Of a stretch of 64,000 nt of DNA, positions 10,399 through 20,004 are shown in pieces. Source of the DNA: Candidatus Bathyarchaeia archaeon (GTDB lineage Archaea > Thermoproteota > Bathyarchaeia > Bathyarchaeales > Bathycorpusculaceae); contig JBEKHN010000004.1 of the NCBI GenBank assembly GCA_050012255.1, positions 58,267-122,266 on the forward strand, written 5' to 3'. Below the pieces are notes generated by a model, which did not search any database, was not told the DNA's origin, and saw nothing but the letters and a program-made list of their open reading frames with translations. Position 1 is the stretch's first letter; every line of letters begins with the position of its first letter. The translations under genes and the position numbers were made by a program.

Positions 10399-12048
10399 GT
10401 GAAGCAGACAGGGATTGTAGTATTCATTTTGTCTATGGTTATGGTTCTGGTAGTTGGTATTGATCCGTCCGTTTTTGTGTTTCACAGCCCGCGCGTTATT
10501 GCAGACCAGAATGTGGACTGGTGGCCCATGCGCCAGCATGATTTGGCCCACACTGGATATTCAACTTCAACAGCACCCCTTACAAACCGAACCCGATGGA
10601 CCTACAGTGTCGGCTTTGGGGGAGCAGTCAGTTCCTCAGCCGCCGTCGAGGATGGCAAAGTGTACGTCGGATCATATGACGACCGAGTTTATGCTTTGAA
10701 TGCTACGACGGGCTCACAAGTGTGGAACTACACGACAGGTAGCTGGGTGGTCTCTTCGCCTGCCGTTGCCGACGGTATGGTTTTCGTCGGATCGTGGGAT
10801 AACAATCTTTACGCTTTGAACGCTTCTACAGGGGCCCTGGTGTGGAATTACACGACAGGCAGCCACGTGTATTCTTCTCCTGCTGTTGCTGGTGGTAGGG
10901 TTTACGTGGGGTCAGATGATCACAATGTTTACTGTTTGGATGCTTCGACTGGGGCTTTGGTGTGGAACTACACCACAGGTAACTGGGTATCTTCTTCTCC
11001 TGCAGTTGTCAACGACACAGTCTACCTGGGCTCAGTAGACCACAACGTCTATGCTTTGGACACTGCGAACGGCGCATTAAGATGGAACTACACAACCTCC
11101 TCTAGCGTGTATTCTTCTCCCACCGTCGTTGGCGGCCTAGTCTACGTAGGCTCAGATGACCAAAATGTCTACGCCTTGAACGCAACGAACGGCGCACGCA
11201 TCTGGAACTACACAACCGGCAACGCAGTGGTTTCTTCTCCTGCTGTGGCTGGCGGGATGGTCTACGTGGGATCGTATGACGGCAAGGTTTACGCCCTGAA
11301 CGTTACAACGGGAGCACATATATGGAATTACGCAACCAACGGTTTTGTCCTCTCTTCTCCTGCTGTGGCTGGCGACATGGTCTACGAGGGCTCAGATGAC
11401 GGCAACGCTTATGCCTTGAACGCTACAACAGGCGCGTTTGTATGGAAATACACAACTGGTCACTGGGTGTTTTCTTCTCCTGCTGTTGCCGAAGGCTCGG
11501 TCTACGTGGGCTCAGGTGACGGCAAGGTTTATGCTTTTGGTCCAGTGCACGATGTGGCAGTGACGGATGTTGCATGCTCCAAAACTGTCGTCGGTCAAGG
11601 CTACGGCCTAGACATAACCGTTTATGCAGCAGACTTGGGCAGCTACCCTGAAGCCTTCAACGTTACGGTTTATGCCAACACAAGTGCTGTTGCGTCACAA
11701 ATCGTCACCTTGTCAAGCGGTAACTCCGCTGATGTCACCTTAACTTGGAAGGCCGCGGGATTGGTTTATGGCAACTACACGATAAGCGCCTGTGCTCTGC
11801 CAGTTTTAAGCGAAGCAAACGTCACCAATAATAATTTCACGTATGGCCCTGTTAGCGTGACCATCCCAGGCGATGTTGACGGCAACGGCATAGTCGACAA
11901 AAATGACGCGACACTCTTAGCGAACGCCTTCAACTCAAACCCTGCTTGTTCAAACTGGAACCCAAACGCCGACGTCAACAACGATTCGGTCGTTGACATC
12001 TACGATGCTATTCTGACCGCAAACCACTTCAACCAACACTACCCATAA
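10399..12048 (+). CDS. Secreted PQQ-like (BamB-type) beta-propeller protein with Ig/CARDB-like domain and C-terminal dockerin-like domain
   Basis: Signal peptide; eight SSPAV..VYVGS.D..VYALNA.TG...W repeats; C-terminal GDVDGNGIVD...ADVNNDSVVDIYD EF-hand pair. Confidence 0.85.
   Translation: MKQTGIVVFILSMVMVLVVGIDPSVFVFHSPRVIADQNVDWWPMRQHDLAHTGYSTSTAPLTNRTRWTYSVGFGGAVSSSAAVEDGKVYVGSYDDRVYALNATTGSQVWNYTTGSWVVSSPAVADGMVFVGSWDNNLYALNASTGALVWNYTTGSHVYSSPAVAGGRVYVGSDDHNVYCLDASTGALVWNYTTGNWVSSSPAVVNDTVYLGSVDHNVYALDTANGALRWNYTTSSSVYSSPTVVGGLVYVGSDDQNVYALNATNGARIWNYTTGNAVVSSPAVAGGMVYVGSYDGKVYALNVTTGAHIWNYATNGFVLSSPAVAGDMVYEGSDDGNAYALNATTGAFVWKYTTGHWVFSSPAVAEGSVYVGSGDGKVYAFGPVHDVAVTDVACSKTVVGQGYGLDITVYAADLGSYPEAFNVTVYANTSAVASQIVTLSSGNSADVTLTWKAAGLVYGNYTISACALPVLSEANVTNNNFTYGPVSVTIPGDVDGNGIVDKNDATLLANAFNSNPACSNWNPNADVNNDSVVDIYDAILTANHFNQHYP
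10621..11540 (+). repeat. Intragenic tandem repeat of about 120 bp (propeller blades), about 8 copies
   Basis: Recurrent tcttctcctgctgt...tacgtggg...tggaactacac units. Confidence 0.8.
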
Positions 12049-12229
12049 CTCATATGATTGCTCTTCTCTTCAAACCTCTTTCTCCTCTGAAAGCAAGAGG
12101 GCAGTTGCTTCTTGGGAGATTCAAACACGCTTCTACCGTAGGAGAAGGACGATTATCACCATGAATGTCATTCCGGTGTTGGCTTCGACAGACAATGTCC
12201 CGTTGGATTAGTATCTCGTGACACTGACA

Positions 12230-12446
12230 GACGTATATTCAGGGGCGAATGTATCTGCTTCCGAGAACCTTGGCATTTAGAGAATTATGGCAACTTCCAC
12301 AGTTGGCTCTTTTTGGGAGGAGTTCAAATCTGAAGACTTGGTGTTCATCGATCAATTCATAGACAGAACAACCAAGCGGGAACAGTCGTTTTGCACACAA
12401 GGACAGGTCTGCTACGCATCGCTCGCTGAACCAGTGTGCCCAAGAA
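12230..12446 (+). pseudogene. Degraded internal fragment of S-methyl-5'-thioadenosine phosphorylase (MTAP)
   Basis: GANVSASENLGI*RIMATSTVGSFWEEFKSEDLVFIDQFIDRTTKREQSFCTQGQVCYASLAEPVCP matches the MTAP core (ANIWAL..LGV..I.ATSAVGSL...DQFIDRT...H......PFC); in-frame TAG at 12278; no N- or C-terminus. Confidence 0.75.
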
Positions 12447-12510
12447 CTCAACGGAGCCCAAGCGACACGCGCGTCACGGAGACTAGGACCAGATCCTTGC
12501 GATTCCTGGG

Positions 12511-12903
12511 CTAGGCTTCGCTTTCTTTCTCCACCGTGTTGTCTACAACTTTGATCCATTTGGTCGCCAGAATCTGGGCAAAATCCTTGCTCTTAGGGTC
12601 GAGATCTGTTCCGACAAGGTGCCAATGATCGTTTATCGTTGCAAACGTCGTGTCCATTATCACAAACTTGGGAGTATAGCTGAAGACTTTCTTCCCTATG
12701 TCAGAAAGCAGGTCCAGAGCACGTTCAAAAGCCTTGTAGGGTATGGTGTGTTCATGCTGCTTGTACACTATCATTATTCTTTCCTTGTGTCCCTTCAAAT
12801 TCTTGGTTCTCAAAACTAAGAATGACTTGTCCTCGTAGTAGATTTTCTCCTTTTTCAGATCAAGTCTGCACAGAGGGCATTGCACAGTCTTCAACTCGCA
12901 CAC
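12511..12903 (-). CDS. HIT-like hypothetical protein
   Basis: CPLC...IYYED N-terminus, KGH..I..KQH, and DHWHL degenerate histidine triad; start GTG 12903 or TTG 12894. Confidence 0.6.
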   Translation of the reverse strand: MCELKTVQCPLCRLDLKKEKIYYEDKSFLVLRTKNLKGHKERIMIVYKQHEHTIPYKAFERALDLLSDIGKKVFSYTPKFVIMDTTFATINDHWHLVGTDLDPKSKDFAQILATKWIKVVDNTVEKESEA

Positions 12904-12979
12904 CTCAGTGAACACTATTCTGGTGCTCACAGTATAAAAGAACTTTTCAACTCTTCCGCTTTGCAATCAGCTAACGTAG

Positions 12980-13150
12980 TTACCTGTCGAAGAGGCAGTG
13001 CAGCAACTCAAGCAGAACGAAAAGTACTCCAACGTAGTAGAACAGAAATCCGAAGAAAGTGTAGTGTTCCCAGATGACGAAACCGGCTAGTCCTGCGGCA
13101 AAACATCCAATACTCAAGAATGTCAGAAACAAGATGTCGATGTTTTCCAT
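12980..13150 (-). CDS. Small two-TM membrane protein
   Basis: MENIDILFLTFLSIG... 56 aa with two hydrophobic helices. Confidence 0.5.
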   Translation of the reverse strand: MENIDILFLTFLSIGCFAAGLAGFVIWEHYTFFGFLFYYVGVLFVLLELLHCLFDR

Positions 13151-13612
13151 GACTCTGTGTTTTGGCACTTTTTCTATGAACAACAGAAACCTCAAAGTGT
13201 CATTTTCCAACACGCGCTTCTTTGCACTTTTGAAGAAAGAAAGGGGCTTGCGACCTTCCATACGCACACGCTCGCTAAGCCCAAGCTGGCACTTCGCCCC
13301 AAATAGTCTTCAAAAAGAAACAGACTGCAAAAAACACTAAGGGCAAGGTTCTCACGGCTAACAGTTTCCACCTCATGCTAGGTCCCTCCTATTCTTGACG
13401 GTGAAAGGCGCCCGCCTTTTTTCGCCGCAAACCACAGATATGCACAGGAAATTGACTTAACGATAAGTGCGTAGACGATGTGACAGACAGTTAATGTACA
13501 TTCAGACAGAAAAAGAGTCAACAAACCATGTCGTCATGTTGGGCCCTCATCAACCTGAACCTTCAATTCAGATTCAGTATTCATAAGCATAAAGTATGTC
13601 CTTCATCAGAAC

Positions 13613-14602
13613 TTGTCACCGTTTCAAAAACGGCAAAGTGAAAACTTGGCATTATCGATGATGAAACCCCGCGACCTGATCCGAGTGCATGACGAAAAGG
13701 CAGACCCTTGGAGGATCGTGTGTAGAGAGAAGGGCTCTAACAAGCAGTTGGAAATCATAGAGAACGCCTTGGCAAGATACGGGCTGTCGCAGAACGAAAT
13801 AAGAGCGTACGTTTACCTCGCAAGAACTGGCGAAAGGAAAGCTGCAGAAATTGCTGAAGCTATATCACTTCACCGAACCGAAACCTACAGAACGCTTCGG
13901 GACTTGGAAAAAAGAGGCATCGCGCTCTCAACTTTTGAACGACCGTTGCGGTTCACAGCGGTGCCTCTGGATAAAGCAATCGAACGACTGATGGAAACTG
14001 AAAAAACGAAGCTCAAGCTTCTTGAGAAAGAAAAGGCCGACTTAATCCAGCTTTGGTCGTCGATGCCAAAGCCAAGAAACGAGAATAGCAAAAAGGAAGT
14101 GTTCCAAATACTCGAAGGCGAATCGCAAATAATTCTGAAAGCCAACGATCTTCTTGGGAAAACTCGGACGGAACTGCAGATTTTTGCTCCTGAAGAGCAC
14201 CTAGCTCAACTGTACCGCAGCGATTTCATGGATAATCTCGAGCAGCACTCTTACGATGTGAGCATCGATCTGCTGACTGAAGACTCGTTGAAGAGCAGAT
14301 TCTTCTGCGAGCGAATCGGTTGGTCAAACCATACATGCTGCGTTGGCGATGTAAGGAAACTGCCTTGTTTCATGATCTCAGACAGAGAAGAACTTCTCAT
14401 CGTTTACAACAAAAAATCCGAAGACAAGAGCAGAGCGAGGAAGAAGAAAAGCAGAACTGCGGCTCTCTGGACCAATTGCACCGCTCTTGTTGTAAGTATG
14501 CTGACGCTGTTCTACAGAATGGCCGAAGCTAGAGAAACTGCGCAGGTCTGCACCGCGCAAGCAGCAGAAATCGGCTTGCAAATGGAAGACCGGGATAGTT
14601 AG
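13613..14602 (+). CDS. TrmB-family transcriptional regulator
   Basis: YGLSQNEIRAYVYL...AEIAEAISLHRTETYRTLRDLEKRG...RPLRFTAVP; true start may lie further downstream. Confidence 0.85.
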   Translation: MSPFQKRQSENLALSMMKPRDLIRVHDEKADPWRIVCREKGSNKQLEIIENALARYGLSQNEIRAYVYLARTGERKAAEIAEAISLHRTETYRTLRDLEKRGIALSTFERPLRFTAVPLDKAIERLMETEKTKLKLLEKEKADLIQLWSSMPKPRNENSKKEVFQILEGESQIILKANDLLGKTRTELQIFAPEEHLAQLYRSDFMDNLEQHSYDVSIDLLTEDSLKSRFFCERIGWSNHTCCVGDVRKLPCFMISDREELLIVYNKKSEDKSRARKKKSRTAALWTNCTALVVSMLTLFYRMAEARETAQVCTAQAAEIGLQMEDRDS

Positions 14603-16965
14603 GCGGACAACTTCTCTTTTATGGCGTTGCGCTTCTCCTCTGTCAGCGGACCGAACTTCTTAATCCTGTCAGTGAACATGCTGAACAGTTCGGCAGCTTT
14701 CTTGTAGACTGGCAACGGCACGTAGCTGTAGCGTACTCGCATGTTTTCGACTCCGTATTTTGCCAGTTCTTTTCCGAGGTCTATTATTCTTTTCTTTGTG
14801 AACTTCTCGTCGATCTCTTGCGTTCCTTCAACGATCAGAATACCGTCAGCACCGTACGCGAAGGCATAAAGCAGGTGTTTCAAGCCTAGTATGGCAGTTG
14901 TTGGAACTGGAATGATCCTGACGTTTTCCGGATAGTTTGTGCGGTCCAGTCCAAGGAAGTCCATGCCGGTGTAGCCAACATTCTTGTCGACAAAAGCGAC
15001 CACTCTGACTTCGCCGGGCTGCTTTTCTTCCAGCACTCCTCTGAGACTGGCAATTATCTGCTTTGCAGTCGCGTTCTTGAAGTCTATGGCTTCTTGTGGG
15101 CAAACAGGTATGCATGCACCGCAGCCTGTGCACTGGAACGCGTCGACCTTGGCCTTGCCGTTCTGCATGCTGATCGCGTTCACTGGACAAATGGGCATGC
15201 AGCCGCCGCAGCCATTGCACAGGTCAGAGATCACAAAGGCTTTCTCAGGAGAAGTCGTGACATAATCACTCTTCAAGAACAGAGCCGCTTTGGCAGACGC
15301 GCCTAAACCGTCTGAGACCGTGTCACGAACGTCTTTCGGGCTTAAGGCGCAGCCGCAAGCAAAAATTCCGGTTACAAGCGAATCCACTGGGTCAAGCTTG
15401 GGATGCTTCTCCGTGATGAAACCGTCCTCACCGAGTGGGACCTTCATTTTTTCGGCCAGTTCCTTCAGTCCTGCTGGCGGAACCATCGGCGTTGCCAGCG
15501 CGATCATGTCAAACTGCTCTTCGGTCGTCTCGCCGGTTATCGTGTCTTCCGCCACTGCAACGAGCTTGCCGTTGCTGCTATCCTTGTAGACTTCTGCCAC
15601 CTTGCCTCGTATGAAACTGACCCCTGCCTCTTCGTCACGCCAGTAGAGGTCTTCGTAACCCTTGCCCGTGGCTCTGATGTCTGTGTAGTAAATGGTAACA
15701 TCGATTCCGAGCATTTTCTTCAGCACGAAAGCCTGTTTTAGCGCGTACATGCAGCAGATGCGACTGCAGTATGGGATGTAATTCTTGTCTCTGGAGCCCG
15801 CGCAGAGCACTATGCCGATTTTCTTGACGTCGCTGCCGTCTGCCCTCTTGATGTAGCCGCCCGTGGGGCCTGTGGCTGACACGAGTCTTTCCAGATCCAT
15901 CATGGTGATGACGTCTTTGTAGTTGCCGTAACCGTAAGTCTCAAGCTTCTTGGCATCATAGAGCTGGTAGCCAGTTGCCATGATGATGCCTCCCACGTGC
16001 AAGTCGACCGTGAAACCTTTGTCTGTCAGGCTTACCGCCTTGGCTGGGCAAAGCTGCTCACACTTTCCACACTTTGTGCATGTTTCAAAGTCAATCGTAT
16101 AGGCTGAGGGCACAGCCTGTGGGAACTCGATGTAAGCTGCTTTCCTCTGCGAGAGGCCTTCGTTGAACTCGTCTGGACAGGAAACAGGGCAAACCTTGGC
16201 GCAGACACCGCAGCTTCTGCATTTCTGCACGTCCACGCCTCGAGGTTTCATGAAAACCTTCACGTCATAGTTTCCTGGGCGGCCGCTGACTTCCTGCACT
16301 TCGGAGTATGTGTACAGGGCAACGTTGGGGTTTCTGCCCACTTCGGCCATCCTCGGCGTCAAGATGCACTGCGCGCAGTCCAATGTTGGGAAGACCTTCG
16401 TCAGTTTTGCCATGTTGCCGCCGATGCTTGGCTTTCGTTCGACTAGATGAACCTTGTAGCCCAGATAGCCGAGCTCAAGAGCGGCTGTGATGCCTGCTAT
16501 GCCGCCGCCAACGATGAGAATCTCCCTAGAACCCTTCTCGCTGATAGTCTGCATCGCTTCAAGCTGCTGGCTTCGCTCGTAGCCGCCTCTAATTAGGCTT
16601 ATGGCTTTTCTCGTGGCCTCGGCTGAACGGTGAGGGCCGTGAACCCAGGAGTCTTGTTCCCTGATGTTCACAAACTCGAGCATGAAGGGGTTCAACCCAG
16701 CCCTCTCCAAGACAGCTTGAAAAGTTGCAAGGTGCATCCTCGGCGTGCAACTGGCAACCACAACTCTGTCCAAGTTCTCCTTCTTCACAGAGTCAAGTAT
16801 CAGTTCCTGAGCTGGCTTGGAGCAAAGATACTTGTGATACTTGGCCACTGCAACGTCAGGCCAACTCTTGACAGTGTCAACGACAGATTTTACGTCCACA
16901 ACGTCGCCTATGTTGCCGCCGCATTCACACACGAAAATGCCGATTCTAGGCGATTTCTTCTCCAT
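14599..16965 (-). CDS. hdrA: Heterodisulfide reductase subunit A-like flavoprotein fused to a cysteine-less MvhD-like domain
   Basis: Start MEKKSPRIGIFVCECGGNI (ATG 16965); SCTPR, NIREQDSWVH, GGGIAG, FPTLDCAQC, YCSRICC, inserted and C-terminal 2x[4Fe-4S] motifs; C-terminal MvhD-like fold. Confidence 0.9.
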   Translation of the reverse strand: MEKKSPRIGIFVCECGGNIGDVVDVKSVVDTVKSWPDVAVAKYHKYLCSKPAQELILDSVKKENLDRVVVASCTPRMHLATFQAVLERAGLNPFMLEFVNIREQDSWVHGPHRSAEATRKAISLIRGGYERSQQLEAMQTISEKGSREILIVGGGIAGITAALELGYLGYKVHLVERKPSIGGNMAKLTKVFPTLDCAQCILTPRMAEVGRNPNVALYTYSEVQEVSGRPGNYDVKVFMKPRGVDVQKCRSCGVCAKVCPVSCPDEFNEGLSQRKAAYIEFPQAVPSAYTIDFETCTKCGKCEQLCPAKAVSLTDKGFTVDLHVGGIIMATGYQLYDAKKLETYGYGNYKDVITMMDLERLVSATGPTGGYIKRADGSDVKKIGIVLCAGSRDKNYIPYCSRICCMYALKQAFVLKKMLGIDVTIYYTDIRATGKGYEDLYWRDEEAGVSFIRGKVAEVYKDSSNGKLVAVAEDTITGETTEEQFDMIALATPMVPPAGLKELAEKMKVPLGEDGFITEKHPKLDPVDSLVTGIFACGCALSPKDVRDTVSDGLGASAKAALFLKSDYVTTSPEKAFVISDLCNGCGGCMPICPVNAISMQNGKAKVDAFQCTGCGACIPVCPQEAIDFKNATAKQIIASLRGVLEEKQPGEVRVVAFVDKNVGYTGMDFLGLDRTNYPENVRIIPVPTTAILGLKHLLYAFAYGADGILIVEGTQEIDEKFTKKRIIDLGKELAKYGVENMRVRYSYVPLPVYKKAAELFSMFTDRIKKFGPLTEEKRNAIKEKLSA

Positions 16966-17055
16966 CGGCGGAAATCTACCTCGTTTATGAATGATTTTAG
17001 ATGATTCACGGGAAAACGCTTTAATAACCTTATGCTCCCTTTTCAACAAAAAGCG

Positions 17056-18174
17056 ATGGACGACATGAACGCTCAAGAGCTCACTCAGAAACATAAACTT
17101 CTTGAATGCATCCAGTGTGGAACGTGCACAGGAAGCTGTCCTGTTGCGAAGAAGGCCAACTTGAACGTCAGAAAGTACATGCGCGAAGTCGCCACGCTGG
17201 GCAAGTTGACCCAGCACCCACAGAATGAATTGTGGAGCTGCACAACATGCAGCGCGTGCGGTGTTCGCTGCCCCAAGGAACTCAACCCATATGAGTTCTT
17301 GATCGACATCCGCGGGATGGCAGTTGAGGAAGGGCAAATTGCTCCTACGATTCGAGACGCCTTGGAGAGCATATTCAAGAACGGCAACCCATGGGGAAGA
17401 ATGCGCAACAAACGCTCTGAATGGATGCAAGGACTAAACATCAAACCCATCTCACAGGGTGCAGAAGTCCTTTTCTTTGTCGGCTGCACATCAGCCTACG
17501 ATCCACGCGTCCAAAACGTGCCAAAAAGCCTCGCAAGATGCTTTGAAAAGGCTGGACTGAACTTTGGAATCCTCGGCGACGAGGAGAACTGCTGCGGAAG
17601 CGAGGTTTACGGCATGGGTGAGAAGGGCCTCTTCGAATTCCTAGTTGAAGAGAACATGAAAGCGTTCAACAAGTACAACGTGAAACAAGCTGTAACAAGC
17701 TGCCCACACGGGTATCACGCTTTTAAGAACAGATACAAGCAAACAAGCTTCGAACCTCTTCACCACACTCAACTTCTCGCCAAGCTGATTGACGAAAAGA
17801 AGTTGACTTTCTCTAAAGAGGTCAACAAGAAGGTCATATACCATGACCCGTGCTTCTTGGGCAAGCAAAACGGCATTTATGACGAGCCGAGAAAAGTCAT
17901 CGAGAGCGTTCCAGGCGTCAAACTGCTGGAGTTTGACCGTTCCAGAGCCAGAAGCGTCTGCTGCGAGGGCGGAGGTGGGAGAATGTGGGTTGATATCCCA
18001 GGCCAACGGTTAGCGGAAACACGGGTGAAAGACGCCGTCGAAGCTGGAGCAGACGTCCTAGCCGTAGCCTGTCCTTACTGCCTACTGACCTTTGAAGACG
18101 CCGTAAAGACTACAGGCGTCGAAGGCAAAATTCAGATCATGGACATAGCAGAACTTCTCACACTTGCCCTGTAG
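17056..18174 (+). CDS. HdrC/HdrD-like Fe-S oxidoreductase (2x[4Fe-4S] plus two CCG domains)
   Basis: CIQCGTCTGSCP, CTTCSACGVRCP, FVGC...ENCCG...SCPH, HDPC...CCEGGG...ACPYC. Confidence 0.88.
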   Translation: MDDMNAQELTQKHKLLECIQCGTCTGSCPVAKKANLNVRKYMREVATLGKLTQHPQNELWSCTTCSACGVRCPKELNPYEFLIDIRGMAVEEGQIAPTIRDALESIFKNGNPWGRMRNKRSEWMQGLNIKPISQGAEVLFFVGCTSAYDPRVQNVPKSLARCFEKAGLNFGILGDEENCCGSEVYGMGEKGLFEFLVEENMKAFNKYNVKQAVTSCPHGYHAFKNRYKQTSFEPLHHTQLLAKLIDEKKLTFSKEVNKKVIYHDPCFLGKQNGIYDEPRKVIESVPGVKLLEFDRSRARSVCCEGGGGRMWVDIPGQRLAETRVKDAVEAGADVLAVACPYCLLTFEDAVKTTGVEGKIQIMDIAELLTLAL

Positions 18175-18287
18175 CGAGGCGTTTCCATCGCTAACGCACA
18201 AAAACTCGCTTCCCATGACGATTACTGTGCTCAATCAATTATATCGAGACTGAAACCGGTGCGACCCGTCTGCTCCAAGCGAGCAAA

Positions 18288-18530
18288 TCAGGGTTCACGC
18301 GTAATCATCGTCGCCGTCGACCTGACATTCTGGAGTTTTCTGATGCGCGTTACGCTCTGGTTCAGCTCGTCCATAGTTCTTGCGTTGACTTTTGCAACTA
18401 TATCATAGTCACCCAGAACAACGAAGGCTTCATCAAAACCCTGAACGCTCTTCAGAGCTTTTAACACGTCATTTTCACAGCCCAAGTTCACGTTTATCAA
18501 CACAAAAGCATTAAGCTTCATCCCGACCAT
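18288..18530 (-). CDS. Stand-alone Lrp/AsnC ligand-binding (RAM) domain protein
   Basis: AFVLINV..G.E..V...L...V.GDYDIVAKV...IRK...VRST.T. Confidence 0.8.
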   Translation of the reverse strand: MVGMKLNAFVLINVNLGCENDVLKALKSVQGFDEAFVVLGDYDIVAKVNARTMDELNQSVTRIRKLQNVRSTATMITREP

Positions 18531-18959
18531 CTACCGCCTTGTGTACCTCTGCGAGCCACTATTTAGCATTTTGTCTTTCTCAATTTGCATGATTCTACCA
18601 CTCTGACTGTTAGAAACATTGCCCCCAACTGGCAAAAGGACCTCAGTAGCGCCCGTAAGGACCGCATCAACGGTGCTACGTGCAGAAAAAACCGAGGGGG
18701 GTAGGCGTGTTAGACGAGGCAAAACACGAAACAGGGAACGTTAAGGGTATGTTCAAGATATCTCGCTCCTCAGATGAACATTGCAACGGTGGCGCGCGCT
18801 GAGAATAGGAATCAAGCTGCTGCTCAGAGAGCAGACGAAAGGGCAACCAGGTGACCGTGAATAGACGTTAATCATCAAGCGAAACGGGCACACGCTGAGG
18901 ATGCGAATGCTTCATAAACATGCAACAAGCAGATCAGCCTGTCTTAGAGGGGCTTCGGC

Positions 18960-19892
18960 ATGGAAAGCTATGATTTGATTATAATCGGTGCAGGTGCTGC
19001 TGGTTTGTCAGGTGGGATCTACGGGGCGAGAAGCGGACTTAAAACTCTCATTCTGGAGGAGAAAATCGCGGGCGGCACGACTGCAGACGCTCCGTGGGTG
19101 GAGAACTACCCTGGGTTTCAAAGCATAAGCGGAACCGAACTTGCACAGAAAATGGCAGCTCATGCCAAGACTTCAGGCGTGAAGATCAACGAGTTTGAAA
19201 GAGTTGTGAAACTGAGCCTTAGAGGTGACAAGAAGACCGTTGAAACCGAAAAAGCGAGCTATGAAGCCAAGGCAGTAATAGTCGCTTCTGGAAGCTACTA
19301 TCGCCAGCTCGGCATTCCGGGTGAAAAAGAGTTTCGAGGAAGAGGCGTCAGCTACTGTGGACTGTGTGACGGACCGTTCTTCAAGGGAAAAACAGTCTTA
19401 GTCGTAGGAGGCGGCAACTCGGCCCTGATAACGGCTCTTTATCTCGCTCATCTCGGCTGCGAAGTCAAGGTTGCACATCGCAGGGATGTCTTCCGCGCTG
19501 AGGACGCCCTGGTTCAGGGACTGAAAAACGTGAAGAACATTGAAGTCTTCATGAACACTGAGGTCAAGGAGATCATCGGCGAAAAAATGGTCAAGAAAGT
19601 CAGCCTGCTTAACAAGCAGAGCGGCGAAACCGAGGAGTTGCCCGTTGACGGTGTCTTCGTCCAGGTCGGGGAAGCCCCCAACAGTCAACAGGCCGGAGAG
19701 GCAGGCGTGGCGGTTGACAAGGACAGCTACGTAATAATCGATGGGTTGCAGCACACGAACATTGAAGGAGTTTACGCGGCAGGTGACGTTACAAACCATC
19801 CTGTTAAACAAGTTGGAACAGCGGTGGGACAGGGCATAACCGCCGCGCTTGAAGCTTATTCTTTCATCCGCAGACCATACTACAAAAGGTAA
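18960..19892 (+). CDS. trxB: Thioredoxin-disulfide reductase
   Basis: GAGAAG, ENYPG, GVSYCGLCDG, GGGNSA, AAGDV. Confidence 0.93.
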   Translation: MESYDLIIIGAGAAGLSGGIYGARSGLKTLILEEKIAGGTTADAPWVENYPGFQSISGTELAQKMAAHAKTSGVKINEFERVVKLSLRGDKKTVETEKASYEAKAVIVASGSYYRQLGIPGEKEFRGRGVSYCGLCDGPFFKGKTVLVVGGGNSALITALYLAHLGCEVKVAHRRDVFRAEDALVQGLKNVKNIEVFMNTEVKEIIGEKMVKKVSLLNKQSGETEELPVDGVFVQVGEAPNSQQAGEAGVAVDKDSYVIIDGLQHTNIEGVYAAGDVTNHPVKQVGTAVGQGITAALEAYSFIRRPYYKR

Positions 19893-20004
19893 AGAATGCT
19901 CCAAAACTAATATATCGCCCCGAACTCCTTTCCAAACTTTCTAGGGTCTTTCATTCCCAGCTACACTGCAAAGAACCGCTGGCAAGCGCTGGAGAAACAG
20001 TGAA

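Noticed and set aside
16966-17430. N-terminal 155-aa extension of the 943-aa HdrA ORF
   Set aside because: It is the antisense shadow of the divergent Fe-S gene; HdrA homology starts at MEKKSPRIG (16965).
18531-18950. Intergenic region checked for ncRNA or a small gene
   Set aside because: Only short, unconvincing stems and a featureless 63-aa ORF.
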